DNA of 60,180 nucleotides from a virus. Lineage: Duplodnaviria > Caudoviricetes. Below the pieces are notes generated by a model. That model had not been told where the DNA came from and did no database searches. It worked only from the letters and a program-made list of their open reading frames with translations. Positions 19,463 to 32,100 of the stretch are shown one piece after another. Positions within the stretch are counted from its first letter, which is position 1. Every line of letters starts with the position of its first letter. The stretch spans positions 1 through 60,180 of the IMG/VR virus record IMGVR_UViG_3300033146_003163. One strand, 5' to 3'. Made by a program: the position numbers and the translations under genes.

Positions 19463-21368
19463 TATCTTCGCTGTACTGCCCTTAGTGGGCACCGACTTTG
19501 AGGAGAGGCTCTTAGTGGTAGATGGAGCAAGCGTTGGGAGGTCTAGTCTTGCCTCCTTCTCTTATACTTACAAACAGAGTGGGGATGATAAGGGCCACTT
19601 CATACTAAGGTTTGACCATGTGAATATTGATATCTCCGCTTTGCGCAGGGGTAACTATTTAAGGGTTAGGTGGGGGTATTCTTACCAGCCCGCTGACCAG
19701 CGCTTATCCCAACTAGTGGCGATTGATAAATTACATGTTACCTATAATAAGTCAGGGCTATCTATAAAAGTCCTATTTTTGTCTATAGCTGGGTTTAAGA
19801 TGAAACACCCAAACCAGATAGATAATGCTTTCGACTCGCTGTCAGAGGAGGGTATAACTATCTACTACGAATACTACAACCCTATCTCTAAGTCAACTAT
19901 CCAATACATTTATTCACCAGCTCACGGAACCCGTACTTATGCTGAGAAGGTTAGGAAAGATAAACAGGACGAAGCACAGGACTATGATGATCGTATAAAG
20001 GATGCTAAAAAGGGAGTAGTAACAGATGACCCGAATTGGGTAAGTAGCTATGGGTCTTCCCCATTTAGCCACGCTTACATCAGTGGGGTAAGCTCGGGGT
20101 TTTCAGGCCCCGATTCTGAAACCCATAAAGTATTATCAGAGAAAGGGTACAGAGCTTTTAGACAGAAGATTCAGGAGGCTTTGGCTAAGGCTGTACTGGC
20201 TAAGACAGGAGACTTCCTAATGAGCACCCGAGATCAGGGGATAAACATAACCACAGACATATCTCAGAGAGCTCCTATAACAGGTATACGACCTTCAGGG
20301 GTTATCTCCATTACATACAAAGAATTACCCAAGAAACTTACTACTGCTTACACTTCTGTAGTTAGCGTTAACCCTACTACTGGTGAGGTGAAGACCGAGA
20401 CCTCACATGTTTATCGAGGAGGTAGTAAGATCTACCGGTTTAGTAAGACTCACAAAACTTTCGTAGAGTACGATATAGTTTATCAAGATGGGGTTTATGG
20501 AACTAAACAATACAATCCTTCTACTGGAGAAGAGTTTATCCCATTGTCTGCTGAAGACCAAGAGTTATTTATAAAGAGTTCCAAGGAGATGAGTAAAAGG
20601 ATGGAGTCAGTTAACTCCGTTCATGCTCACATGGACCAAGAGCAATACTACACAGCGCAGGGTATCCCGAAGGACGCTATGCAAAGGGATCTTGATTCTC
20701 TCGAGTACGAAGGTTATGAGAAATACAGAACTGGGGCTTTTACTAGAGAAGACATAGGGGTAGAGGGGGATGGCACCGCAATCATTGCTAGAGTAGTTCC
20801 CGGAGATACTGTATCTGAGAATAACCGGATAGTACAAGAGAGGTTAATAGACTTCTTTCATGCCACTGGGGTATCTATAGTTATGGAAGGAGACCCCAAG
20901 ATTTTTGGGAATTATAACTTCGCTTTAGCTGACTTCGTAGTTAACTTTAATGGGGTATATGTAGCTTTAGACACTACCCACGCTATCATTAAAGGGAAGT
21001 ATATCACAACTATTTTGGGGGGTAGGATACCGGAAAACATTACTTCTATTGTAGCAGAGGTCCAAGAGTCAATCGATGATAGGTCTAAGCGGATAGTAGA
21101 GAAGTACTCTTCTTTAGCTAAACCTGAAGACTTCTTTAATATTATACATTGGGCTGGGGATGAAGATTATCTAGAAGAACAATACTATCCGGATGAGACC
21201 CCGTCTTATGACTTTAGTAAGGATGGAACAGAGGGAGCTAAGGCAAGGAAAAATTCTACTAAGTATTACAAAGATAGGGATTACAAAGAGGTAGATTCAA
21301 AGCTAGACTCTGGAGATGGTTATATGAAAACAATTGAGATGTCAGATATTGATTTACAAAGCAAATGA
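19440..21368 (+). CDS. Baseplate hub (gpD/gp27-like) with large insertions
   Basis: VRWGY, EGDPKI, GVYV..TTHAI..YIT motifs; between the LysM and spike genes. Confidence 0.7.
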   Translation: MVKLPVVDIFAVLPLVGTDFEERLLVVDGASVGRSSLASFSYTYKQSGDDKGHFILRFDHVNIDISALRRGNYLRVRWGYSYQPADQRLSQLVAIDKLHVTYNKSGLSIKVLFLSIAGFKMKHPNQIDNAFDSLSEEGITIYYEYYNPISKSTIQYIYSPAHGTRTYAEKVRKDKQDEAQDYDDRIKDAKKGVVTDDPNWVSSYGSSPFSHAYISGVSSGFSGPDSETHKVLSEKGYRAFRQKIQEALAKAVLAKTGDFLMSTRDQGINITTDISQRAPITGIRPSGVISITYKELPKKLTTAYTSVVSVNPTTGEVKTETSHVYRGGSKIYRFSKTHKTFVEYDIVYQDGVYGTKQYNPSTGEEFIPLSAEDQELFIKSSKEMSKRMESVNSVHAHMDQEQYYTAQGIPKDAMQRDLDSLEYEGYEKYRTGAFTREDIGVEGDGTAIIARVVPGDTVSENNRIVQERLIDFFHATGVSIVMEGDPKIFGNYNFALADFVVNFNGVYVALDTTHAIIKGKYITTILGGRIPENITSIVAEVQESIDDRSKRIVEKYSSLAKPEDFFNIIHWAGDEDYLEEQYYPDETPSYDFSKDGTEGAKARKNSTKYYKDRDYKEVDSKLDSGDGYMKTIEMSDIDLQSK

Positions 21369-22093
21369 TAGATTTTTCTCTTTACATGCGTAGGCTAGTG
21401 TTAGACGGGTTAGAGTCCTTTGGAAGGTACTACTCCTCGTACTATGGATTTGTTGTTGATAACAAAGACGAGAGTGGTTTGAACAGGCTTTCTGTTATAG
21501 TACCAGAGGTCTTCCCGTCTGGACGAGCAGTAGTTGCTCTACCTAACGGGGTCTATGCTGGGAAGGGCTATGGCATCCAGCTATTACCCAAGTCAGGGGA
21601 CATGGTGTCTATCAAGTTTAGACATGGTAACACAGATTACCCAATGTGGGGCTTCTCTAATTATCAACATGGACAGAAGCCAGAAGTCTTTAAAGACCCT
21701 GAAACAATCGGGATAGTAACCCCCAACGGGATTTCCATTTTAATAAACGACAAAGAAGGTGAACAAGAGATTACTTTAACTACTAAGGATGGTACGATTC
21801 TTTCTGTAAAGGATGAGGAGATCGCCCTTACCCATAACAAAGATACGAAAGTAGTTATTAAAGATGGAGAGGTTACTGTAGGCAAAGACCAGATGACCCA
21901 TTTCTCTAAGGGGGAAAACACCCAAGACATCCTCAAAGATCTGGTAGATATCATAGACACATGGTCAAAACTTATTTCAGTACCAGTAGCCGGTACTCCT
22001 ACTCTGAATACCGTTTATTTTGGAGATGCGATGTCCATTCCCCTTGCTAAACTAAAACAAGATATAGAGAAATCTATTACCAAGTACTCTTAA
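21365..22093 (+). CDS. Baseplate central spike (gpV/gp5 OB-fold)
   Basis: GFVVDNKD..RLSVIVP..LPKSGDMVSIKF..G..DYP followed by beta-helix strands. Confidence 0.85.
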   Translation: MIDFSLYMRRLVLDGLESFGRYYSSYYGFVVDNKDESGLNRLSVIVPEVFPSGRAVVALPNGVYAGKGYGIQLLPKSGDMVSIKFRHGNTDYPMWGFSNYQHGQKPEVFKDPETIGIVTPNGISILINDKEGEQEITLTTKDGTILSVKDEEIALTHNKDTKVVIKDGEVTVGKDQMTHFSKGENTQDILKDLVDIIDTWSKLISVPVAGTPTLNTVYFGDAMSIPLAKLKQDIEKSITKYS

Positions 22094-22146
22094 GCATACT
22101 TAAACTATATATTGCAATTACTATGCACTTAAGTACTTTTAGGGAT
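22085..22146 (+). repeat. Dispersed palindromic element, copy A
   Basis: TACTCTTAAGCATACTTAAACTATATATTGCAATTACTATGCACTTAAGTACTTTTAGGGAT; 22083-22135 is identical to 37372-37424. Confidence 0.95.
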
Positions 22147-22262
22147 AACATAAAGCATCGCTATTTTAATTATGGATACTGCCTATATTAAATATGCTTA
22201 TAATAAAAATAAAGAAAGACCAGGACCACATAATTTACAAGTAAACATTAACTTATAATAAA

Positions 22263-22625
22263 ATGGATAACAGATACGGGTTATATTTTCCAATCATACT
22301 TAGTCAGGGGGCTCCAATAGCACCTGCCTTAGTGGACAGTGTTGATGCTTCTCTCAGACACATCTTCACTTGGACTATCGGAACTCGTAACTTTAATCTT
22401 AGTTTTGGGTCCCCGTTATACCACATGCTGGGTCAGTTAACATCTGATAAGAATCTAGAGATACTAAGAATCTACTCCCTCCAAGCTATTGCTCGTTGGG
22501 AAAAACGATTAGAGGTTACAAACCTAGAACTAGTAGCTGATCGAGACACTGGGCTTGTTAACATCCAGATTGAGGGAAAGATTATGCCAGAGAATATTGA
22601 TTATACATACGAAACCGCCTTATGA
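22263..22625 (+). CDS. Baseplate wedge, gp25/gpW-like
   Basis: GLYFPI, SLRHIF..GTR..FGSPL, AIARWEKRL. Confidence 0.9.
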   Translation: MDNRYGLYFPIILSQGAPIAPALVDSVDASLRHIFTWTIGTRNFNLSFGSPLYHMLGQLTSDKNLEILRIYSLQAIARWEKRLEVTNLELVADRDTGLVNIQIEGKIMPENIDYTYETAL

Positions 22626-24310
22626 AAATATCAACCAATTGGGTAGGCTATATAGACAGGACTGCATCAGCAATCCGCTCATCAGTTTTAAAGGCTCTGT
22701 CCACAAACGTACCAGAGTTAACTGATCGTAGCAGTTCTAACTTATTAATTATCCTTATAGACATCTTTGCTGGTGTATCTGAATTGTTAAACTATTACAT
22801 AGATACCACAGCAAGAGAGCTATTTCTTCCTACAGCTCGTAGGTTTAGCAGTGTATTGAAACAAGCTTTCTTAGTAAACTATAATGGAAAGGCAAGAGTC
22901 ACAGCATTCGTATCAGTGGAACTAGTGGCCTTAGATTCTTTAGGGAACCCCGTTGCAGTTCCTTCTGATTTTGAGATACCAATGGGAACGATCTTTAGAG
23001 ATAAGAATGGTAATACTTGGTTAAGCGTTACATCTCTAACTTTTAGGAAAGATTACTCTTCTATTGTACTGGAGCTTTCCCAGTATGAAACGATAACTGA
23101 CGATGACTTTGGGGTATCAGACGGTAGTTTGAATATGATGATAAAGCTCCCAACTGAGTACGCTCATGAATCCTTAGATGTTAAAGTAGGAGCTGAATAT
23201 TGGAACAGGGTAGACGACCTGGGCTTCTCTAAGCCAGATAGTAAAGACTTCCAAGTAAAAATGCAGATGGATGGTGGAGTTTACTTGGTATTTGGGGATG
23301 GGGTGACTGGTGCAGTTCCGCCTATAGGATCTCCGATACTAGGCTCTTACAAAGCTACAACAGGAACGGGAGGAAATATCCCATCTGATTATATTAAAAA
23401 TATTGTAACCTTGATCCCAGTATTGCCTCCTGTAGCTTCCTACTCTGTGAGTAACCCGAATCCTGGGTATGGAGGTAAGAGCATAGAAGGTATAGAAGAG
23501 ATTAGGAAAGCAACCCCCCTATCCTTACGAACACTGCACAGAGCAGTTTCAAGACAAGATTATCTGGATGTAACATTATTAGCACCAGGAGTACGGGGAG
23601 TTACTTTGGGGTATGACTGCGGACTAGGGGTCCTTTTGTTTGTAGTCCCAGAAGGAGGAGGTAATCCAACCCAAGCTTTTCTTAATAGCGTAGAAACCTT
23701 TGTAAAGCAGAGAGGTATAGCAGGGTTCCCAACTAAGATCCTTCCTTCGGGAGAGACACATATACATGGGATAATGCGTATCCAAGGTAGATACCGAGTA
23801 ACTGAAACTACGATTCTTAAAGCAGTAACAGCTGCTTTGATAGACCTCTACAGCCCATACAAGAGTAACATAAACCAGGCAGTACGCCAGTCTGATATCA
23901 TATCTACTGTTGACAACTTACCTGAGGTAGACTTTTTGGTATTGGAGGAATTCTGGGCAGAGCCTTATCTGAGACCCAGCAACCTTTCAATAGATCTCCA
24001 GTACTCAATCAAGATACTTATGAATTCTAATGTTATCGTACATTGGAAACTGGTCTACAACTATGTGAATGATGATTTCCAATTGTATAAGGATAATGTA
24101 TCTAACCAAGCTTTAACCCCAGGTACAGTATATAACATTGATGGTATTATGGAGATAGTGATACCCTCTGTTCCAGCCAACTTAGTAGCAAATGATTCTT
24201 GGACGTTCACAACGTACCCATATTCTAAAGATGTAGAATTAGACGATATGTCAATTCCTATAATTGGTCCTAATGATTTCACATTTATAATACAAGAAAC
24301 AAATGGGTAG
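22622..24310 (+). CDS. Baseplate J / gp6-like wedge protein
   Basis: ELFLPTARRFSSV, FGDGVTGAVPP, G-G-x-S-x-E..RAVSRQDY. Confidence 0.9.
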   Translation: MKISTNWVGYIDRTASAIRSSVLKALSTNVPELTDRSSSNLLIILIDIFAGVSELLNYYIDTTARELFLPTARRFSSVLKQAFLVNYNGKARVTAFVSVELVALDSLGNPVAVPSDFEIPMGTIFRDKNGNTWLSVTSLTFRKDYSSIVLELSQYETITDDDFGVSDGSLNMMIKLPTEYAHESLDVKVGAEYWNRVDDLGFSKPDSKDFQVKMQMDGGVYLVFGDGVTGAVPPIGSPILGSYKATTGTGGNIPSDYIKNIVTLIPVLPPVASYSVSNPNPGYGGKSIEGIEEIRKATPLSLRTLHRAVSRQDYLDVTLLAPGVRGVTLGYDCGLGVLLFVVPEGGGNPTQAFLNSVETFVKQRGIAGFPTKILPSGETHIHGIMRIQGRYRVTETTILKAVTAALIDLYSPYKSNINQAVRQSDIISTVDNLPEVDFLVLEEFWAEPYLRPSNLSIDLQYSIKILMNSNVIVHWKLVYNYVNDDFQLYKDNVSNQALTPGTVYNIDGIMEIVIPSVPANLVANDSWTFTTYPYSKDVELDDMSIPIIGPNDFTFIIQETNG

Positions 24311-24962
24311 GCTTAACGAGTTCTTTTTTAAATCTCTTCCAGACTTTTTTCGGATCCACGATACATATCCCGATGTTAATAACAAAGGGATATTGGAGCG
24401 TTATTTGGATACCCTACAAGCTGACATGGAGATAACTGAACAGGATATAACTTCTCTAAGCTCTGCTATATTCCCGGCTGAAGCTAAGGAAAAACACTTA
24501 GATTACATAGCCGCTTTATTAGGAACGCCTCCATTACTGGTATTAGATGAGGAAGATCTATACAGATTTATCCTATCCCATATAATAGGGGTATATAAAT
24601 ACAAGGGAACAGAGGAAGGAGTAAAAAGGTTTTTTAACTTGTGGGGATTTGAGGTTACTTTGGTATACACTACACCCACTAATTCTTCTTATGATACCCC
24701 CCTAAACTATGACGAGGGACACCAATACGACCAAGGTTGCTCGGTATGTATTAGTGTAGATATAACTCTACAGCCCTTTACCCAAGAAGCTGCTGAAGCT
24801 ATAACTGATCCAAAATTCCCTGACAGAGTCGCTAGAGCCCTACGGTCAGTTGCTCCTATTTTCTGGTATTCAATAACGACAAACTATACTTCACCTTACT
24901 TAGTAAATGAGGATGACCTTATCATCAACTCAGACTTGGGTAGGATGACAGTATTAAAATAA
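24303..24962 (+). CDS. Baseplate wedge gpI-like protein
   Basis: LPDFFR, LDYIAALLG, YKYKGTEEGVK. Confidence 0.8.
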   Translation: MGRLNEFFFKSLPDFFRIHDTYPDVNNKGILERYLDTLQADMEITEQDITSLSSAIFPAEAKEKHLDYIAALLGTPPLLVLDEEDLYRFILSHIIGVYKYKGTEEGVKRFFNLWGFEVTLVYTTPTNSSYDTPLNYDEGHQYDQGCSVCISVDITLQPFTQEAAEAITDPKFPDRVARALRSVAPIFWYSITTNYTSPYLVNEDDLIINSDLGRMTVLK

Positions 24963-24969
24963 ATAAGAT

Positions 24970-26160
24970 ATGGCTAGTGGAGATATATATGAAAGCACGC
25001 TACCCCAAAAACCTATGCCAGATGCCCTGGACTGGGTAAGGATAGTAACACAGGATGGTAAATCTGTTATGGTTCCTAAGAACAGTTTAGGGGGAGCTTC
25101 TGTAATTACTGGGTTAGCTTATTTAATTACAGATCCTGGTACTCCTGTAGACAAGGACCTATGGCTATGTATGGAGTCAGGAGAGTTTACTAATTTTGGA
25201 AACCTTACAGCCTCTGCCCAAGACTTTCTGGTATATAACGTGGACCATTGGGAAGTAGTTAAAGATCCTAGATCTCTGTTAGGATACTGCGTATGTAATG
25301 ATACTGATCCTACTAAAATGCCAAACCCTTTGCCCGGCCAGTACTTCGTGGGGATCTGGGATAACAGGCCTTGGTTTATTAACAACGCTGGTACTATACG
25401 GGAGTTTGTGACAGTACCCTGGGAAGACCATTACTATGTTGACTTAGTAGTAAACCTATACTCTTCAGATTATACCCCCACTATTGGGGACACCATAGAG
25501 GTTTCTGTCCCGATCCAGAATGCCGGGACTGTAGATGACACGGGAGTTTCTGTAGAGATCCCAGCTGTTTCGGGGTTGACCTATCAATCAGATAACAGTG
25601 GAGGATCTTATGACCCAGCTACTGGAGTCTGGACAATTGGCCAATTCCCCTCAGGCCAAGCCAGGACTCTTAGGATAAATTTTTCAGTAGATGTCTCTTC
25701 TGCTATGTCTGTCTCTGCCACTATTTCTGGGGATGCAGATGACAAGTACCCTACAAACAACTCAGCTGTAATCGCTATCAATGCCCATCCCCCATTACCT
25801 CCCATATACTATGGAAGGAGAGTTAGTAGTATTCCTCCTGACTCGGTTGATATTAAAGCTGGTACTAAAGTAGAAGGATACGATTATACAGTTAACCAGT
25901 TTATCTTTCCTCCGGATATAGAATCCCAGTTTTTATGGGCAGCTATCCCGGATGGAGTATTCCCTGATGATTTTAATAAGTGGATGGATGTACAGAATAC
26001 GCTAAACCAGGGGAATATAAGTACGGGGAATCCCGGTGAAGGCTCTGACTTTATGAAAAGAATCCCCGGTCTTACATCTGTAGATGGGGTGGACTACGTA
26101 ATTTACATGTCCAACTACCTATCCTACTTTAAAAACGATTTGAAAATTTATAAACAATAA
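24970..26160 (+). CDS. Tail-fibre-associated protein with DUF11 Ig-like domain
   Basis: [41 protein letters not shown]. Confidence 0.75.
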   Translation: MASGDIYESTLPQKPMPDALDWVRIVTQDGKSVMVPKNSLGGASVITGLAYLITDPGTPVDKDLWLCMESGEFTNFGNLTASAQDFLVYNVDHWEVVKDPRSLLGYCVCNDTDPTKMPNPLPGQYFVGIWDNRPWFINNAGTIREFVTVPWEDHYYVDLVVNLYSSDYTPTIGDTIEVSVPIQNAGTVDDTGVSVEIPAVSGLTYQSDNSGGSYDPATGVWTIGQFPSGQARTLRINFSVDVSSAMSVSATISGDADDKYPTNNSAVIAINAHPPLPPIYYGRRVSSIPPDSVDIKAGTKVEGYDYTVNQFIFPPDIESQFLWAAIPDGVFPDDFNKWMDVQNTLNQGNISTGNPGEGSDFMKRIPGLTSVDGVDYVIYMSNYLSYFKNDLKIYKQ

Positions 26161-26164
26161 AACG

Positions 26165-29100
26165 ATGGCAATCCCTTTTAACGAATCCCTTTGGGCTGCT
26201 CTACAGGCCCCTTTAGACATCAAAACATATGTAGGTGATCTTACTACTTTTCCATTCCTAAAGTACGCTGCTAAAGAGGATATTGAGATGTACGTTAGAT
26301 ACCCCAATATGATTGTGACTGATCTAAACACTGGGATGGCTTATACGTTAGAAGGTGGGATTACAAACAGCTACTGGGTTGAAGTACCTGATTATTGGAA
26401 TCGTAAAATCCAAGCTAGAGTAGTAAGGTCTGGGGACCAAGCTATTGTACAATGGTACGACGGAACCTCTTGGCATGACACACCCATTAAGATATCAGCA
26501 GACCCTGACAATGCCGCTACGATTGGGTCAGACGGGGGGTTATACGTACCTCTTTCTTCTGGAGGGTCTGGGAAATACCTTAGCTCTGTGGATGCTGCTA
26601 CCCTATCCGCGGTAGTCTTCGCCTTTTCAGACGGATCAGATTTTACAGAAGATTTTATGCAATACTTTGTAAACCAGGGAGGACCCGGTTTTGAGTATAG
26701 ACCTGTTAAGTTAAACTCGTCTGGGAAAATAGACCCCAGTATGTTAGATACTTCTATCTTCCATTTAGTCGGAGCTTGGGACCCCTCTGACCCGGATGGC
26801 CCTAATGATGATAACACAGGATGTGATCCTTCACTTGGTTGTGAATACCCAGATGTAACTGGCCAGAATCCTGGAGCATTTTGGTATGTGGATAAGTTAG
26901 ATAACCCTGATTGTAGTACTCCCGGAGGGGATGATTGCTACGGATTTACTACTGGAGATTTAATAAATAACACGGTTAAAGTAGGGGACTTCATGGTTTG
27001 GGGAAGTGCTGGGTGGAGCATTATGGTAGGAGAGATGAATCCTACTTTATATATGAAGATAGCAGACTATGATTCTGGGAGCGATGCTGCACCGCTAGCC
27101 GTAGACAAAGCACGGAACAGCGATAAACTGGAAGGCCATCCTGCCTCATATTTTGAACCTGATTTAAACAACCCAACTACTGATGACCAAGTACTATCGT
27201 CTAAGACGGATGGAACAAGGTCTTGGGTAGACCCCCAGACTGGGCCAGAAGGTCCACAAGGTCCAGAAGGACCCCAAGGAGATTCTATAAACTGGTTAGG
27301 GGAACTAGCTACCCCACCCCTGACCCCTGCTGAGCTTGACGCATATTACAACATTCCAGAAGGTCAAGCCTACATATTCCACGGATCGGGTTGGGACCAA
27401 CTATCACAAAAAGGAGAGACAGGAGCTCAGGGACCCCAAGGACCCATTGGGCCTGACGGGCCTCAAGGAGATACTGGTCCTAAAGGAGATACTGGAGACG
27501 AGGGGCCTCAAGGAGATTCAATTAACTGGTTAGGGGAGTTTAGTACTCAACCAACTACCCCTGTTACTCTAGATGCTTATTTTAATACTGTAGATGGGCA
27601 ATCCTATATTTTTAACGGGGTTGACTGGGATAAGCTATCCCAAAAGGGAGATCAAGGGATACAGGGGGAACAAGGTATTCAGGGTATCCCTGGAGAAAAG
27701 GGAGATACAGGGGACCCAGGACCTCAAGGGGACCCAGGGCAGGATGGAGACCCCGGTCCTCAAGGGGACCCAGGACCACAAGGGCCAGAAGGCCCTACTG
27801 CTGTATCTGGGGATACAGGTAACATGGCTGTTCTTGGTAGTGACAACTTAATCTTTGTACCTCAATTTTCTAGCCCTGATGATAATTACTTGAATGACGT
27901 AGATGCTTCAGACTTATCCGCTGTTAAGTTCGCTTTCGAGGATGGCTCAGATTTCACAGAAGATTTTAAAAGCTCTTTCGTATTCGATGAGAATACTCCG
28001 ATGGCTCCCGTAATGTTGAATTCTGCTGGTAAGATAGACCCTGCCCTTTTAGATACTAATATCTTTTACTTAGTAGGGGAATGGGATCCCTCTGATCCCG
28101 ATGGACCTAGTGATGATAACTCTGGTTGCGATCCTTCCCTTGGCTGTGAATACCCAGATACTACTGGAGAAACTCCTGGAGCTTTCTGGTTTGTATCCCA
28201 CCTATCTAACCCCGATGGTACTGACCCAGTAGATAACCGAGACTACTACACTTTCACTACTGATGGTGGAGACTTAGAGGGTAAGAGAATTAAAGTAGGG
28301 GACTTCATGGTTCTCAGTGTATCCGGCTGGTCAATAATGACTGGATATATGAACCCCGCTTTGTATATGCGGAAGAGTACTTACGATACCGATAATACTG
28401 GAGTAGTTGATGACTCTGAACAATTAGGTGGGGTTGATGCTGCCCTCTACGCTTTAAAAACTGACTACGTTGCAAGGGCTGGAGATACTATGACTGGGAA
28501 CTTAGTAGTAGGGGCAGGGGTGCTTCACGCTAGTATCAGTGCAAAAAACGGGAATGCTTCTACCAGTGGCTCTTCATCATTCATTCTTCGAGATAATAAT
28601 GGAAACCCCCGAGGAACTTTTTATTCAAGGAACTTCGGTTATGTAGGAATCCAAAGACAAGCTGCAGATCAATCTGTAGCCGCAGAGATTTCTTTATCTG
28701 ACAATGGAAACTTACACTCTGAGTTAGCTATAACCCCTGTAGACAATTACGATTTTACTCCTAAGAAGTTTGTCGATGAGGGGCTAGCTTTAAAAGAAAA
28801 CTCTTTAGGGAACCCAAGTAATGATGGTTACATTCTATCCTCTACTGCTAGTGGAACAAGGTCTTGGGTGCCTTCTACCTCAGGCCCTCCTGGGAAAGGG
28901 ATTAACTGGTTAGGAGAACTAGCTGCAGCTCCGGACCCAGCAGAAGAGTTGGATGCTTACTTTAATACCACAGACGGTCAATCCTATATTTATAACGGTA
29001 CTGACTGGGACCAGATGTCTCAAAAAGGTGCTAAGGGTGATACTGGAGACACTGGTCCACAGGGTCCTCAAGGGGAACAGGGTATACAGGGTGAGAAAGG

Positions 29101-32100
29101 TGATCCCGGAGAGAAAGGAGATACTGGAGACCCCGGACCAAAAGGAGACACTGGAGATACAGGACCACAAGGACCCGAAGGCCCCCAAGGAGATTCTATA
29201 AACTGGTTAGGGGAACTAGCTGCCCCACCTACAGATCCTGCTCCAGTTTTGTTAGACGCCTATTTTAACACTACCGATGGCTGTTCATATATCTACAACG
29301 GTACTGATTGGGATTTAATGGCACAAAAAGGTGCACAGGGACCACAAGGGATACAGGGGGAGCAAGGAGAGAAAGGTGATACTGGAGACCCCGGACAAGA
29401 TGGTGCCCCAGGACCTCAGGGTGACCCCGGCCCACAAGGTATTCAAGGTATTCCTGGGGAAAAGGGGGATACTGGTGATACTGGCCCCGAAGGCCCCCAA
29501 GGACCAGAAGGTCCTTCTGAACCTTCGGTTGATGCCGATAACCTTATTACTAAGGGGTCTGATGGGTTACTATGGGTTTCTAAGACTCACTTACATGACA
29601 CTCAGTATTACCGTAAAGACTTATTCGTAACTACTAGTACTCCGGATAGCCCTATCCTATTAAACAATAATGGGAAGATAGACCCAAGTATGTTGGATAC
29701 TTCTATCTTCCACCTTATCGGTGATTGGGATCCATCTGACCCAGACGGACCCAATGATGACAACTCAGAATGTGATCCTACTGACGGATGCGAATACCCA
29801 GATGCTAGTGCTGAGACCCCAGGAGCTTTCTGGTTAGTATCGGCATTATCAAACCCGGACGGCACAGATCCTGGGGATAACCGAGACTACTATGATTTTA
29901 AAACAGTAGGAGGTGCTCTGGAAGGAGAACGAATTAAAGTTGGAGATTTCATGGTCCTAACTGCTGCAGGGTGGAGCATAATGTCTGGGTATATGAATCC
30001 AGCTTTATATATGCTGAAAACAGATTATGATAGTGGGGATGGAAGTGCTAACCCACATACTGTTGACCACGCTGTATACGCTGACTCAGTTGCCTCACAT
30101 ACACATCCCTACTTGCCTTTAGCTGGTGGGATTATTACAGGAGACCTCGAAGTACAGGGGGTATTAAGAACTCATAATATCTATGATGACCCGAATGGGG
30201 ATTTAGTTATTAATGAGAAGGACTACTCAGGGAAGAAATTATCTGGCATTGTTTTTTCAGATACGTCAAAACCTACTAATCCAGGGATCTGGTGGGACAG
30301 CGTAGATGAGAGATTTGAGATTAGGAAAGCTGGAGAAGCTGCAGCAGATCCCGGTCATGTAATATGGAATGACGATAACTTTGACCCAGGTACAAAAGAA
30401 GACTCTTTAGGAGATCCTAGTACCGATGGGTTCATCCTGTCTTCACTGGCAGATGGAACAAGGTCTTGGGTATCTCCTACCTCAGGCCCTCCCGGAGAAG
30501 ATGGTAAGTCTATCGTTTGGTTAGGAGAATTTGATGATGCTCCTACTAGCCCCAATGAATTAGAGGCCTACTTCAACAACATTGATGGATGCTCCTACAT
30601 TTGGGATGGTGGGGAATGGGACTTCATGGCTAGAAAAGGAGCCCAAGGAGTAGTAGGCCCTCAGGGTATCCAAGGAGAACCTGGTCCTAAAGGGGATCAA
30701 GGAGATCCTGGTCCTCAGGGTATTCAGGGAGAACAAGGACCTCAAGGAGACCCAGGACCTAAAGGGGATACTGGATCTACCGGTCCACAAGGAGACTCCG
30801 TTAATTGGTTAGGAGAATTTGATGCAGTACCCCCTGACCCCGTTGTATTAGACGCATACTTTTTAATCCCAGAGGGCCAGTCCTATATTTATAATGGTAC
30901 TGATTGGGATTTAATGGCCCAAAAAGGAGCTAAAGGAGATACTGGTTCCACAGGCCCCCAGGGTGAGCAGGGCCCTCAAGGAGATCCAGGACCCCAAGGT
31001 ATCCAAGGTATCCCTGGAGAAAAGGGAGATACAGGGGATACTGGTCCACAGGGTCCTCAAGGACCCCAAGGTGAGCAAGGCTTACAAGGAGACCAAGGCC
31101 CTCCAGGACCCGATGGTCCCACGGGACCACAAGGCCCCGGAGGCCCTCAGGGAGCTTCCATTAATTGGTTAGGAGAGTTTGATGAGTACCCTACTTCCCC
31201 CGTTACCCTGGACGCATTTTTTCATGCGCTTGACGGAAGAGCTTACATTTGGGATGGAGGAGAATGGGATTATCTATCTGACAAGGGGGCCAAAGGGGAT
31301 ACTGGTTCCACAGGCCCCCAAGGAGACCCCGGTCCCCAAGGTATTCAAGGAGAAAAGGGAGATCAAGGAGACCCCGGTCCCCAAGGTATCCCAGGGGAAA
31401 AAGGAGATACTGGAGATACTGGTCCACAAGGACCTGAGGGTCCCGCTGGCCCTACCGGACCTCAAGGGGATTCAATTAACTGGTTGGGTGAACTCGATGC
31501 TGAGCCAACTACTCCTGCTACATTAGACGCATACTTTTTAATCCCAGAGGGCCAATCCTATATTTATAACGGTACTGACTGGGACCAACTATCCCAAAAA
31601 GGTGCTAAAGGAGATCCTGGTGCTAAAGGGGATCAAGGAGATCCAGGACCACAAGGCATCCAAGGAGAAGAAGGACCACAAGGACCCGAGGGGCCCATTG
31701 GTCCAACGGGAGGTACTGGCCCACAAGGAGCTTCCATAGTTTGGTTAGGGGAATTCGCTGATCCACCAGATTCCCCTAATACTCTTGAAGCTTACTACGA
31801 TACAAGTGACGGAAGAGCTTACATTTGGGACGGGGCAGAATGGGATTACCTATCTGAAAAGGGTGCTAAAGGGGATCAAGGAGACCCCGGTCCCCAAGGT
31901 ATTCAAGGAGAAAAGGGAGATACTGGAGGTACTGGACCACAAGGTCCAGAAGGACCCCAAGGTATACCGGGAGAAAAGGGAGATCAAGGAGATCCAGGGC
32001 CAACCGGTCCTGGCGGACCCCAGGGCCCAGAAGGACCCCAAGGACCTAAAGGGGATCCAGGAGATCCTATTAATTGGCTGGGAGAGTTTGATAATCCCCC